DNA from: Eledone cirrhosa
Lineage: Eukaryota
DNA length: 64,000 bases
Direction: 5' to 3'
Assembly: GCA_964016885.1 (NCBI GenBank)
Contig: OZ024743.1
Span: forward strand, 264,864,001-264,928,000
Shown here: positions 41,396 to 54,600 of the stretch, one piece after another
Position numbering within the stretch: position 1 is the stretch's first letter
Layout: every line of letters starts with the position of its first letter
Made by a program: the position numbers and the translations under genes
The notes under the pieces: generated by a model
Told to the model about the DNA's origin: nothing
The model's input: only the letters and a program-made list of their open reading frames with translations
Database searches by the model: none

Positions 41396-44300
41396 TGGTC
41401 TAAGCGGACGTATTTTGCTCGCTCCCAGTAAGTCGCTTTATTTGCCTGTTAAAATTATTTATTGTTAAATATTTCTTGTTGTGTAAGGGATATAAGCCCT
41501 TACACTTTGCCCTGTGAAGGGGAAAGTATAATATTTGGGCCTTTTGGCCCAAATATTTGAATTTTTTTTATATGTTAAAACATTTGCGGAGAAAAAAACA
41601 TGGCTGAGCCACGCCCAACAGCGATATGTCTGCTGTCGTGCGACAACGACGTGGAAGTTGAGAGGAGCGCTGCAGCGAAATTAACACAAATTGATAACGC
41701 AAACAACACCACAAACAATGTAAACAAAGACAACAATGATAACAGCCACAAGAACAACGACAACGACAACAACACCCCCAACGAAAACAAGAACACCTTC
41801 GCTGCCGCAGCAGCAAAAAGGAGGCCATGCTTCAACATGGACTTCTCAAACAAAGATGAAAAGTTGGCCCAGGCATGGAAGCTCATCAAGCAAGAGCAAA
41901 CCTGGGCCAACTTAACTGTCCCGGTAGAAGCTATTGAGGCAGTGGAGCGCAGAACGGTGCATTATAGATGCATCTCAGCATTAATCAAAAGGGCAGCTTT
42001 AATCCAACAAGAAGATGTCAAAGTCGCGCTGAGGTGCATCAGAGAAGAGACCGAATACATAGAGAGGGGCAGACATTACGGCACCATTTAGGTGTTGTTC
42101 AAGTCTGAAGCCCTCGCTATGAAACACGCTATGACTCCTTGCAAAACCAGCAAGGTCATAATGTACCCCTCCCACATGGGAAAAAGAACGGCCCGTCTCC
42201 GCATTCCCAGAATCCCACCAGGACTTGACATGTGGTGGCTTCTGGGATATATGATTGTGGAGGGGACGGATACCGTCCCCATAGAAGTGACCAGAACGGC
42301 CAGAGAGGACTGGTCCGGGGTTAACCTGGAGATCCTTCTCCAGATCAGGCTCGAGAATGTGAAGACAATCCCGGACAACAACCGCCTTCAGAATGGGACG
42401 GTCATTCACATTATGACAGGAGGCAAAAGGCCGCAGTGTTTTGTTTGTGTGGAAAAAACCCATTTGCGAGCCTTCTGCCCTCAACTGCTGAAAGAGGCAA
42501 GGGGTCGAAAGGCTCCATTGCTGCCGGCGCCGGGGCGAGGACCACAACCAATACCAGCACCGGCAAAACCACCAACAACAACACCAGTAAAAAGACCACC
42601 ACCAACACTGACCACCCAGGGGGGAAACGAGGAAAGCGGACAAATTCCCCCTCCCGCCCTAAAATACACACACCAATAAAACCATAAACATACATACAGA
42701 CACACTTACAGGCACAGACCCCTCATCTACCAGTAGTGAAGATGAGGGAAAACCAAAATCCCCCAAAATACAAAAAAGGAAACACAAAAAGAAAAAAAAA
42801 ACTCAACAGAGCACAGAATCACCCACAATAAAAAACGCAGACACAACCCACGCAAACATCTCTCCAATAACACCAACATCAACACCACCAGAATCCCCCA
42901 AACGCAAAAAACCTAAACAGACGCAAGAACAAATATAGACACAAACATCTGAAATCACAGACACCGCACTCACAACAAACACAGATACAACCGAAACAAC
43001 ACCACCAAAACCATCACCACCACGGCCACGCGAACAAATAAAATCACACCAACAAAACATACAAAAATTCGTGCGCGTCAGGAGGGCCAACAAGGAACTG
43101 ATGGCCCTCGTAGCACGAAGTGAAAATATACATAAAGAGGGGGACATTTTTAAATCGGACACATTTCGCGTGCCGGAAGATTTGGTTCTGGTGCGAATGT
43201 CGCTCGATATATTCAAAGAAATACGAGACAGCTTTCCTCGGGACGTGGGAACCCCGAACGTAAAACCCACTTCAAGATTTTTAAAGGGGTTCCCAAAAGA
43301 AACCCCACCAACTATGGAGGTCGAACAACCCGAGCTTCACAAGAGCCCGGAAGGTAAGTAAACCTTCCTCTCTCTTTTTAACCTGCCAACATTGCCGTAT
43401 TAAGAGTAGGATGTTTAAATATTCGAGGCCTGGGATCGTCCTGGAAGCAGGTCTATAGAAATGGATGTAATTGCCGTCAGCGAGACAAGGGTTTCCGACA
43501 CGCGCGCACTAGCCCCCATTTTCGACGACTATCAAATCTTTGAATCTGTTAGCCGGCCGCGAATGGGAGGCGGAGTTGCAGTGCTCTTTAGGAAAGGCCT
43601 GGATCTTGAGGCAAGGTCGATCTTCCGGGATCCGGACGGGAAGTTTTGTGGTCCTGGACGTGAACAATAACGAAGGTGGTGCCTTTAGACTGGTGCCGTC
43701 TATGCTCCTACTGGGGCAGGACGGCCGGATTTCTTAGACGCCTGGAAGCCTTTCTGGGCACCTCTTGCCCTTTACTCTTAGCGGGGGACTGGAACGGTAT
43801 CTTAGACGCACGCTGGGACTGTGTGGGAGTATCCAATAGGAGCGGGGGGTGGAAAAGCCTCAAGAACCTGATCAGCCAGTTCCAACTGTCTGACAGGTAA
43901 CGACTAGATTTCCCTAATGCGCCAGTGTGGACCTGGGCTAACCGCATAGGGTCATCTAGATCGTATATAGACAGGATATTCATTAGTAAAATAGACAGAA
44001 ATAGTGTAAGCTGTCCACGTTTTGAAACGGTTGCCTATTCAGATCACAAGTTTGTGATCTGTATGGTCGACCTAGATAAGACTCGTAGATTAGGACCTGG
44101 TTACTGGAAGTTAAACATGTCATTTCCGGCACGTAAGGCTTACAGGGACCAGGTCAACAATTTAGTTAAGAAAAGGTTGACGTGGAGTCGTCAACAATAG
44201 ATGGTGGGGGCTCTCAAAAGAGAGATTAGAGTAATGTCGATAGAGTTTAGTAAAGAAGTAGCGTTAGAGAAAAATAGAAAGGAGGGAGTTGGTAGATAAG

Positions 44301-47035
44301 TTAGACGAGGCTATTGGTAGTGGCGTTGCAACTGACGTGCTAGCGGTGAGAATGGCATTAGACCATTTCTTCAATTCGAAACAGGAAGGTTGCATTGTCA
44401 GAGATAAGGCGCGTGCTCTGAGAAACGAAGGAACCAAAGCTGTTCGATGGGCCCAGGTGACAGAGGCGCAGCGTGGTAATAAAACCACGATTCGGTCTTT
44501 GACGGACCGAGACGGGCATCAGCTGAGCGATTCCAAGAGGATGTGTGAGGCCTTTCGCCAACATTTTGCTCGGTTGTTCGGGGGAAGTGGCGGGTCAGAG
44601 ATGTTGGCGGACTTCAGTCCCTACCTCGATGGCTTGCCGCAACTCTCGACGGCTGACGCTGGGCGCTGCGAAAGGCCAATTACTTCAGCCGTGATTCAGG
44701 ATGCCCTTGTCGGCTGCATGAGGCGCAAGTCACCCGGTTTGGATGGTCTGCCCTAGGAGCTTTACGTAAATATGCCAGACTTGTTCTCCAATCTCCTCGA
44801 AGCCATCTACTGTAACTGGCAGCAAAACGGGAGTATTTCCAGTTCTGTGAGCCGGGACGTAATGACGCTGATGATAAGGAAAGACGAGAACAAGAAGGAC
44901 ACATTAGATAATTTCAGGCTCATAACTCTGCTCAACACACAGTTTAAGATTTTGGCCATGGTGTTAGCGAAGAGGTTGGCACTTGTCGTCGGGGATTTGG
45001 TTGGGGAGGCGCAAACTTGCGCAATCCCAACCAGGTCCATACACGACAACCTCCGCCTAATGTGATACTTCATATAGAGGGCAGGATGTAAACCTGGCTT
45101 CGGTGGGGCTCTGATCGATTTAGTCAATCGAAAGCATTCGATAGGGTCGATCATCGGTACCTGGAGGCAGTCCTCAAGGCGCCTGGCTTCGGCCCCGTCT
45201 TCAGAAGCTGGATCGCTGCAATGCCAGCTGCACCTGCTCGATGGTCAAAATTAATGGCCACCTCACGGAACCGTTTCAGGTCTCCCGATCGGTCAGTCAA
45301 GGGTGCCCTCTCTCCTCCCTTCTGTACGTATTCACTCTCGAGCCTTTACTGCGGAAGCTGGAGCTGTTGCATGGCATCACGCTCGAACCGGGACGAGGAA
45401 AGGCTGTGTCGGCTTATGCGGACGACATCACCGTGATGGTGTCGGACACGTCACAAATCGAGGTATATGAAAGTTTGACGGGAGCAAAACTTAACCCGGA
45501 AAAGTCGGTGAGCTTGTAACTCGTCACCTGGAGAAGCAAGTCCATGCCGACCAACAGCGTCGTTGGGTGCTGGACGGATGGACCGGTAAAGTTGCTAGGG
45601 GTTTGGTTCGGGCCAGACCTCCAGGTGGATAAGAATTGGGACGAGGTGACGGGCATGGTAGCCAGTCTCGCCCAAAAATGGGCTGGGATGAAGCTATCAC
45701 TGAAAAATCGGGCGGAGGTGGCGAACGCGTACATCGCGGCCGTCATCTACTACCGTCTGACCGTAGTCCCTTGCCCCCATTCGTGCCTCGCCATCTTGGA
45801 ACGGCTCCTCTTCAAATTCTTGTGGAGGGGTCAGGTTCTGCTGGTGAGGCGGTCCATCTGCTGCCTGCACCCTCTACGTGGAGGGCTGGGCATGCCGTGG
45901 CTAATGATCCGCAGAGACGCGCTGAGGCTGCGGCATCTCCAGATATTCTGCCTAAACGGTGAACAGGTGAGGTCGCCGTTTGTCAGACGGGCCTTTCCGC
46001 AGCTCGTTTCTTTGACTAGGCTGCAGTTCTGGGTCAAGAAGTGACCGAGACTGGGTGACTGGCATCTGGAATGTTGCCAGGCACTCACTGCCCTCTACCA
46101 GCCGGGCAATGCGGTCAGTCGAACTTCCACTCTCGAGTTCTATAGAGGATTAGTGGTGGGCAAGTGCGACGACGCACTCGGAGAGGCTCTGGGAGTCAAC
46201 GAAGTCGAACTAACCAGTCTGTACCGGAGGACTTTCGAGCCGGGGACAATGGATGATTTCCAAAAATCAGTGCTACCGAGGGGCACTGCCGGTACGAGAT
46301 AAACTCTACAGGCACGGAAGTGCTGTCAGACGGACCTGCCCGAGATGCGCTCAGAGCGACCAAACCGTTCTGCACGCACTCGTCCAGTGTCCGTGCATTA
46401 CTGACTTGTGGAGTTATGTTGAACAGCTGTTGTCGCGTGTAGAACGGATCCGACTACCGGCCGAGACCATAGTGAAGATCGACCCGCCGCCTTCTTTTGG
46501 CCAGGAAGGGCAGGCAATTTTCCTCTGTCTGGTGGCAGTAGCGAAAGAGGTTGTCTGGTGGACGAGGTTGAAAGGACTGAAGACAGACACTTTTCTCTTC
46601 GGCCAATCCCTCATCAACTTTTTCAAGTTTTACTTGGAAAGGAAGGTCAGGGTGGAGAGAGAAGTGCTGCCCCCCAGTACATTTGCTGAAAGGTGGGTGA
46701 ATGTGGCGAGAATGGCCCGTGTGAGTGGGCCTACTCTGGTCATGCGGCTGTAGGTAGGTAAATTTGAGGAGGAGAGGGATGCCCTTCCAGGGTGCTCTCG
46801 ATGCGTCGGGTCGTTCAGGACTGGTGTGGTACCTGAGCGAACCCTATGCGGTCCCCCCCCCCCATTGAGGAATTTTTTCTTGTTGTAATTTTATTGTTAC
46901 TTCGTTATTGTTACGTTGTTATTGTTATTCATATTGTTTACTCGATATTTCTGTAAAACCCCACTGTCCCAGTCTTTTGTATTGTCCCTTATATGTCGGC
47001 CCTTGTGGCCAATAATGAAATCATTATTATTATTA
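41396..47035 (+). mobile_element. Second full-length decayed Tx1/L1-clade LINE (ORF1 41600-43361; ORF2 ~43391-46753)
   Basis: CFVCVEKTHLRAFCP knuckle; APE; RT with QGCPLS and YADD; C-terminal CPRC...LHALVQCP; ATT tail. Confidence 0.92.
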
Positions 47036-48389
47036 GTAGTAGTAGTAGTTGTAGTAGTAGTTGCAGCAGCATCAGCAGTAGCAGGATCAGTAGTAGTATT
47101 AGCTGTAGTAGTAGTAGTTCATATCACTTGCAACAGTTCGGAGTAACAAAGCTTTGGAGTGCTGTTCAGTTGCGGGTTTTCAATGATTTGTTGGTTTGAG
47201 TACATTACAAAGTCTGACCGTCACTATTTTATGTGGGAACACGTAAACACTCTTGTCTGTGAGTTTTCTTGTTTGCTACATGTATTATTGTGTTTAAATG
47301 TCGTTTGTGCTTAGTCTCGTAACAGTGCTTCCAAATTGAATATGCGACAGAAGAGACGGTGATGCATTACGAAGGAATAGAATGTTCATGACTGAAATTA
47401 ATGAGAAAATAATAAAGCAATCGGGATGAATGTGAAATGACAACAAACAATGGTCAAAGATTGTGATAATGTAAAGTACAAAAGAGGAAATTAAATTTAC
47501 GTGGATGGTAAAGTTTGAAATTATGCTGCATGTAAAATTTAGTAAAATGAACAGTGATAGCTACAATTATCACTAAGCAAAGACACGCTTTAATTATTGA
47601 AATTGTAAGAGTGCTGTAAATTCGTTTCGAACGTCTAAATCTACGTAAGCGATCATTAGCCTGGATTTAGTGGAACAAATACAGGCTAATGATCTTCTTA
47701 CGAAAAAATTTAAAAACTTCATAAGCAGAAAGTGAAGAAGATTATGTAGAATCTGTTGTAAGTAAATCGATGAAGTATTGGCTATCGGTGTAAGGGTTGT
47801 GAGTTAAGTTGTTTGAAACACTGAAGGAATTTGTCTCGTGGGCAGATCAATATTTCAAGATGAAAAGACATATTTCTTTAGAATAATAATAAGCATTTTA
47901 GGAAAACGACCGACAAATAAGAAACTGACCCCAGAATGTAAAGTACCAACTACAGAAGATATCTATGATTCCCATGTCACCACAGTTCATTTCTAGCTCC
48001 ACTAGAACCAGGTCCATTATCTATATCAACATTAATATATTTTTCTGCTACTCCCGTTTCACGTAACTAAAGCCTTTATAATTATCTATCAAGCCATTTC
48101 CTCTTGGTATGCAGGACAGCAATATCTTTTTCTATGCAAACTGTATATGAGATGCTTTTTTTATACTCAAATATTATATTTTGCAATTGTAAATATTTAA
48201 ATGAAACAATATTATTTTCTTTCCAGCTTTGCTCAGTTCATAGACTGGAGCTGATATTTAACTCCAAATCAAGTTAAATGAGTTCAGATTGAAGGAATAT
48301 TGCAGAGAATGTTTGCAACAAAGGAAACGTTTTACAGTGTAGTTATATATGGTGAAATGGCAGTATCCTTCAAATAACAAACTAAGATG

Positions 48390-49070
48390 TTTTTGCGAAG
48401 GATCGTGATGTCTATCTAAGTCATGGATGGCGGTATATGTATTAGCGAACTCCAACGCTTTATCCAATAGGGTCCCCAAGATCGACGGGTAGAAGTCCCC
48501 TATGTCGAACTAGGCGAATTTAACCTTGTGGGCGCTGAAGGAGTTGAAATACTTAACAACAGAGTCGCTGCTTTCTCACTGCGATAGGTTCGAATTTCCT
48601 CCAATGGTCTTAACTAGTTCTCTGAGAATAAATTTGCTAACTAGTCCCATCTCTGTATGTAATGGGTTCAAAAGCATATATGTGGGATTAGTAGCAAAAT
48701 CGGCCTTGTAATCCTTAACGATTAAAAATGCCTCAGTTATTCTAGTTTATTATCTACATTAAAGTTGGAGGATAGATACTTGGTTTCTCTATTGCTGTTA
48801 ATATAAGCTGAGAGGTGTGCTCTTTATACTTCGAAGTTATAGTTTTTCGTGCCCAGTGGTTGTTAGATGTTTGGTCAAATTCATAAATGTTGATTGTTTA
48901 ATCAGATAGGACAAATGTATTAGTGGAAGATCTAAATGTGTTGATGTATTGGAAAGGGCTAGTGTGTTTGCGGAGAATAAAGTTAGCGACTAATGGAAAG
49001 TTCTGGTAAAATCCCGGTCATATGAAAATGGTGAAATTTAAGCTGTGTATCTAACGGGAAAGACCCGCAA
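48390..49070 (-). mobile_element. Penelope-like RT fragment (pseudogenic)
   Basis: Minus translation AFLIVKDYKADF..NP...LLNP..TEMGLVSKFIL and F.*FDIGDFYPSI...LLDKALEFA. Confidence 0.85.
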
Positions 49071-49369
49071 TAACTAACAATCTTACGCGGAATGAACTAA
49101 CTCGATACCTTTCTATATATAGATGTGTGTGTGTGTGTATATATGTGTGTGGGTGTTTGTGTGTGTATTCATACATATGGGGTGCATGTGTGTGTGCTAC
49201 CCTGGATTTATATGCATATATACATGTATGTACTATGTATGTATACTTATATGTACACAGCTATGTCGGAGCGGAAACTTTACTTCAATTTTCAAGCTGA
49301 GCCGGCTTGACAGCTCCGTCTGGTGACAATGACGTGAATAGTGGTGGCGTGTGTAAAAATATGTGTATG

Positions 49370-49472
<103 letters not shown>

Positions 49473-51025
49473 ATGCATCTATATACATGAATGATTCGAA
49501 AATGTATGTATACACCAGATGTTAAATATCTCTATATTCGAATAAGTAAAAAACACGTGACTGACGCTTATGCATAACAAGTTTAACACGGACGTAGCCT
49601 AATCAGAGCTAAGTATTTTGAGACAGCTGCTGTAAATTCTTTTGCGATAGGTGCTGGTGTTATAAAAAAAAAGTATTTTACACATTACATCTAAACAAAG
49701 GTCTTAGGACTTTCAATTAACTTGAAATACGACTGAGTGTCGTCAGTTTGAAATGGATCACTGACTATGATTTATAATGAACATAGTCGGGGCACTAAAG
49801 CCATTGATTTGATAGATAGTGTAAAACTCCGATCACATTTCTCTGTGGCCTTTATCTGAATTCAAACCCTTCCGGGGATAACTTTTTTATGCTTCCAGGA
49901 GTTACTTTTTAGTCAGTCAACCTTTTACCTCTTCCACTCCATTGTCTTTCGATTTGCTAGGCGATCGGTAATGTACTGTGCTCAAATTAATCAAAGTGTA
50001 CCCGAAACATTGATGACATTGTTTTGTTTTCTATACAAATTAGTACAATGATGTTTACTTTATTGAATATCATTTTTTTCTCTGGCTCATTTAATACGAC
50101 GTAATCCCTCAACATATATACGGGAACCTGGATTTCGTAACTGACTACATCAACACAGACCTGTCAATTCCCCCCGTCGGACGGAGCGATCTCCCACCCA
50201 GTTTGAAAATGGTTATAGCTTTTCTTATGTAAAAGCTCCCCATTTTGCATCATTTCTCCCCATTTCGGGGCCCATTTTTATGGTACTCCTCGTTTGGGGT
50301 TTTCGAGGTTGGTAGTTTTGTCAGTACCTAAGAAATTTGATGTCATATAATTATATAATTGAAATATGTGATGGAGTTAGACTTGCTGAATAGATACAGC
50401 GCCGGATAGAATGTCTCGCGGTAACTGTTTCGACTTTGCTAGAAAAAGTCCTATTGTACAATGTTGTACATAATATACAATTACACTTTGTCATATTATA
50501 TTTTATGACACTCCGGTTTCACCAGGGTTAAACGGAAACAAGACAACTAGAATTATTTCAAATATATTAAGGGGCTTGTACGTTGGGCATTCTCAAATAT
50601 TCTAATTTCTTTTTGCTTCTTTAGCATGAAGCATTTCACCATTTCCTTATCTCCATACAAATATGTACAATATATACACTAAATGATAGCTATATATATT
50701 TAAAAGCTTCTTTACTAAAAAAATGTGCTATATTTGTTATATCGTGTTGACATTTTTATGTATATATATGTATGTGTGTGGGTGTGGGTGTGTAGCGCAC
50801 GCATCGTGTGTGTGTGATTATGAACGTGATAACAACCCTTAAATTATAGGAAGCCTCATAGTAATTTATTCCTGCACTATGCTTTTATAATTTCATGTTA
50901 TATTTTGTTGTTCTTTATTAAAATACATGTAATTGAATGCCTTTCATTTGTCGCACCCAGGCCATTTATGAGATGTTTTTGTTCGGTTTTACCGACAACT
51001 CTCCCTCACTCTCAATCTTTATATA

Positions 51026-51069
<44 letters not shown>

Positions 51070-51121
51070 TATATATACATATATATAGATATATTTATAC
51101 ACAGACATATATGTATATATA

Positions 51122-51169
<48 letters not shown>

Positions 51170-51298
51170 AGTAAGGGTTGCGTTCGGATGAAATTATGCA
51201 TACAACGATTCGTATGTACAGCGTACTAAGCGTACTAAGCTGACCCTTGCTTTACCTGACAAGTGAAATTTTTCCTACACACACATATATAAATATAT

Positions 51299-51375
<77 letters not shown>

Positions 51376-51474
51376 TATATATATATATACATACATGTAT
51401 ATATATATATATACATACATATATATATATATATAATCATATATATATATAATCATACGTATATATATACATAC

Positions 51475-51571
<97 letters not shown>

Positions 51572-51619
51572 TATATGTATATATATGTATATATATACAT
51601 ATATATATGTATATATATG

Positions 51620-51694
<75 letters not shown>

Positions 51695-51696
<2 letters not shown>

Positions 51697-54600
51697 TTCG
51701 AAAATATTCTTACTTGACATTACAGTCGCGAAGTTTATAGCATATAATTTGAATAGAAAGAGACGGGTGATGTGTTGGTGTAAATTGAAGCACAGTGGTC
51801 TGGAAAACCAAAGATGTGGGTTCGACTCCCATGTAGGTCAATACTCATATTTTTCCATTTTTCCGAGGGTTCTTAACCACATTATCAGGCTAAATCATTT
51901 CTTTAATTTCTTTAGTCAAAATACGGCGATAGCTTACATTTATAATAATTTCAAACCCGCTCCCTGTTTCGAAAATATTCTTACATGACATTACAGTCGC
52001 TAGGTTTATAGCTTCTAATTTGAATGGAAAGAAACGGGTGATGTGTTGGTGTAAATGGTAGCACAGAGGTCTGGATGACCAAAGATGTGGGTTCGACTTC
52101 CATGTACGTCAAATAATCATCTTTTTCCATTTCTCCGAGGGTTCTTAACCGCACTATCGGGCTAAATCATTCCTTTAATTTCATTAGTCAAAATACGGCG
52201 ATAGCTTACATTTATAATAATTTCAAACCCGCTCGCTGTTTCGAAAATACTCATACTTGACATTTCAGTCGCTAAGTTCATAGCTTCTAATTTGAATAGA
52301 ATGAGACGGGTGATCTGTTGGTATAAATGATAGCACAGTGGTCTGGATAACCAAAGATATGCGTTCGAGTCCCATGTACGTCAATACTCATCTTTTTCCA
52401 TTTATCCGAGGGTTCTTAACCCCAATATGACTCTAAATAATTTCTTTAATTTCTGTAGTAAAAATACGGCGAGAGCTTACATTTATAATAATTTCAAACC
52501 CTCTCGCTTTTTCAAAAATACTCATACTTGCCATTTCAGTCGCTAAGTTTATAGCTTCTAATTTGAATGGAAAGAGACGCGTGATGGGTTGGTGTAAATG
52601 GTAGCACAGTTGTCAGGATAACCAAAGATGTGGGTTCGACTCCCATGTACGTCAATACTCATCTTTCTCCATTTCTCAGAGGGTTCTTAACCCCAATATC
52701 AGGCTAAACAATTTCTTTAATTTCTGTAGTCAAAATACAGCGATAGCTTACATTTATAATAATTTCAAACCCGCTTGCTGTTTCGAAAATACTCATACTT
52801 GACATTTCAGTCGCTAAGTTTATAGCTTCTAATTTGAATGCAAAGAGACGGGTGTTGTGTTGGTATAAATGGTAGCACAGCGTTCTGGATAACCAAAGAT
52901 GTTGGTTCGACTTCCGTGTACTTTAATACTCATCTTTTTCCATTTAACTGAGGGGTTTTAACCCCACTATCAGGCTAAATCATTTCTTTAATTTATTTAT
53001 TCAAAATACGGTGATAGCTTACATTTATAATAATTTCAAACCCGCTCGCTGTTTCGAAAATATTCTTATTGACATTACAGTCGGTAAGTTTATAGCTTCT
53101 AACTTGAATGGAACGAGACGGGTGATGTGTTGGTGTAAATGGGAGCACAGTGGTCTGAATAACCAAAGATGTGGGTTCGACTCCCATGTACGCCAAGACT
53201 CATCTTTTCCCATTTCTCCGAGGGTTCTTAACCCCGATATCACTCTAAATAATGTCTTTAATTTCTTTAGTAAAAATACGGCGAGACCTTACATTAAAAA
53301 TAATTTCAAACACGCTCGCTGTGTCGAAAATATTCTTACTTTACATTACAGTAGCTAAATTTATAGCTTCTAATTTGAATGGAAAGAGACTGGTGATGTG
53401 TTGGTGTAAATGGTAGCACAGTGGTCTGGATAACCAAAGATGTGGGATCGACTTCCATGTACTTCAATAATCATCTTTTTCCATTTCTCCGAGGGTTTTC
53501 AACCCCACTATCGGGCTAAATACTTTCTTCAATAATCTTTAGTCAAACTACGGCGATAGCTTACATTTATAATAATTTCAAACCCGCTGGCTGTTTCGAA
53601 AATATTCTTACTTGACATTACACTCGCTAAGTTTATAGCTTCTAATTTGAATCGAAAGAGACTCGGGATGGGTTCGTGTAAATGGTAGCAACATTGTCTT
53701 TGATAACCAAAGATGTGGGTTCGAGTCCCATGTACGTCAATACTCATCTTTTTCCATTTCTCTGAGGGTTCTTAACACCAATATCAGACTAAATAATTTC
53801 TTTAATTTCTGTAGTCAAAATACGGCGATAGCTTACATTTATAATAATTTCAAACCCGCTCGCTGTTTCTAAAAATTCTTACTTGACATTACGGTCGCTA
53901 AGTTTATACCTTCTAATTTGAATAGAAAGAGACGGGTGATGTTTTGGATGTAAATGGTATCACAGTGGTCTGGATAACCAAAGATGTGGGTTCGACTTCC
54001 ATGTACGTCAATATTCATCTTTTTCCATTTCTCCGAGGGTTCTTAACCCCCACAATCAGGCTAGATAATTTCTTTAGTTTATTTAGTCAAAATACGGCGA
54101 TAGCTTACATTTCTAATAATTCTAAACCCTCTCGCTGTTTCGAAAATATTCTTATTGACATTACAGTCGCTAAGTTTATAGCTTCTAATTTGTATGGAAA
54201 GAGAGGGGTGATGTGTTGGTGTAAATGGTAGCACAGTGGTCTGGATAACCAAAGATGTGGGATCGACTTCCATGTACGTCAATAATCATCTTTTTCCATT
54301 TCTCCGAGGTTTCTTAAACCCACTATCGGGCTAGATAATTTCATTAATTTCTTTAGTCAAAATACGGCGATAGCTTACATTTTTAATAATTTCAAACCCG
54401 CTCGCTGTTTTAAAAATATTCTTACTGACATTACAGTCGCTAAGTTTATATCTTCTAATTTGAATGGAAAGAGACGCTTGATAGGTTGGTATAAATGGTA
54501 GCACAGTGGTCTGAATAACCAAAGATGTGGGTTCGACTCCCATGTACGTCAATACTCATCTTTCTCCATTTCTCCGAGGGTTCTTAACCCCCAATATCAC

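Noticed and set aside
41536-41550. GGCCTTTTGGC resembling U2 snRNA stem I (Keno-type target)
   Set aside because: Flanking U2 sequence (ATCGCTTCTC, TAAGATCAAGTGTAG) is absent; the motif is internal to the LINE 5' UTR
47300-47930. Possible LTR-retrotransposon gag remnant
   Set aside because: Purine-rich, but no ORF or diagnostic motif
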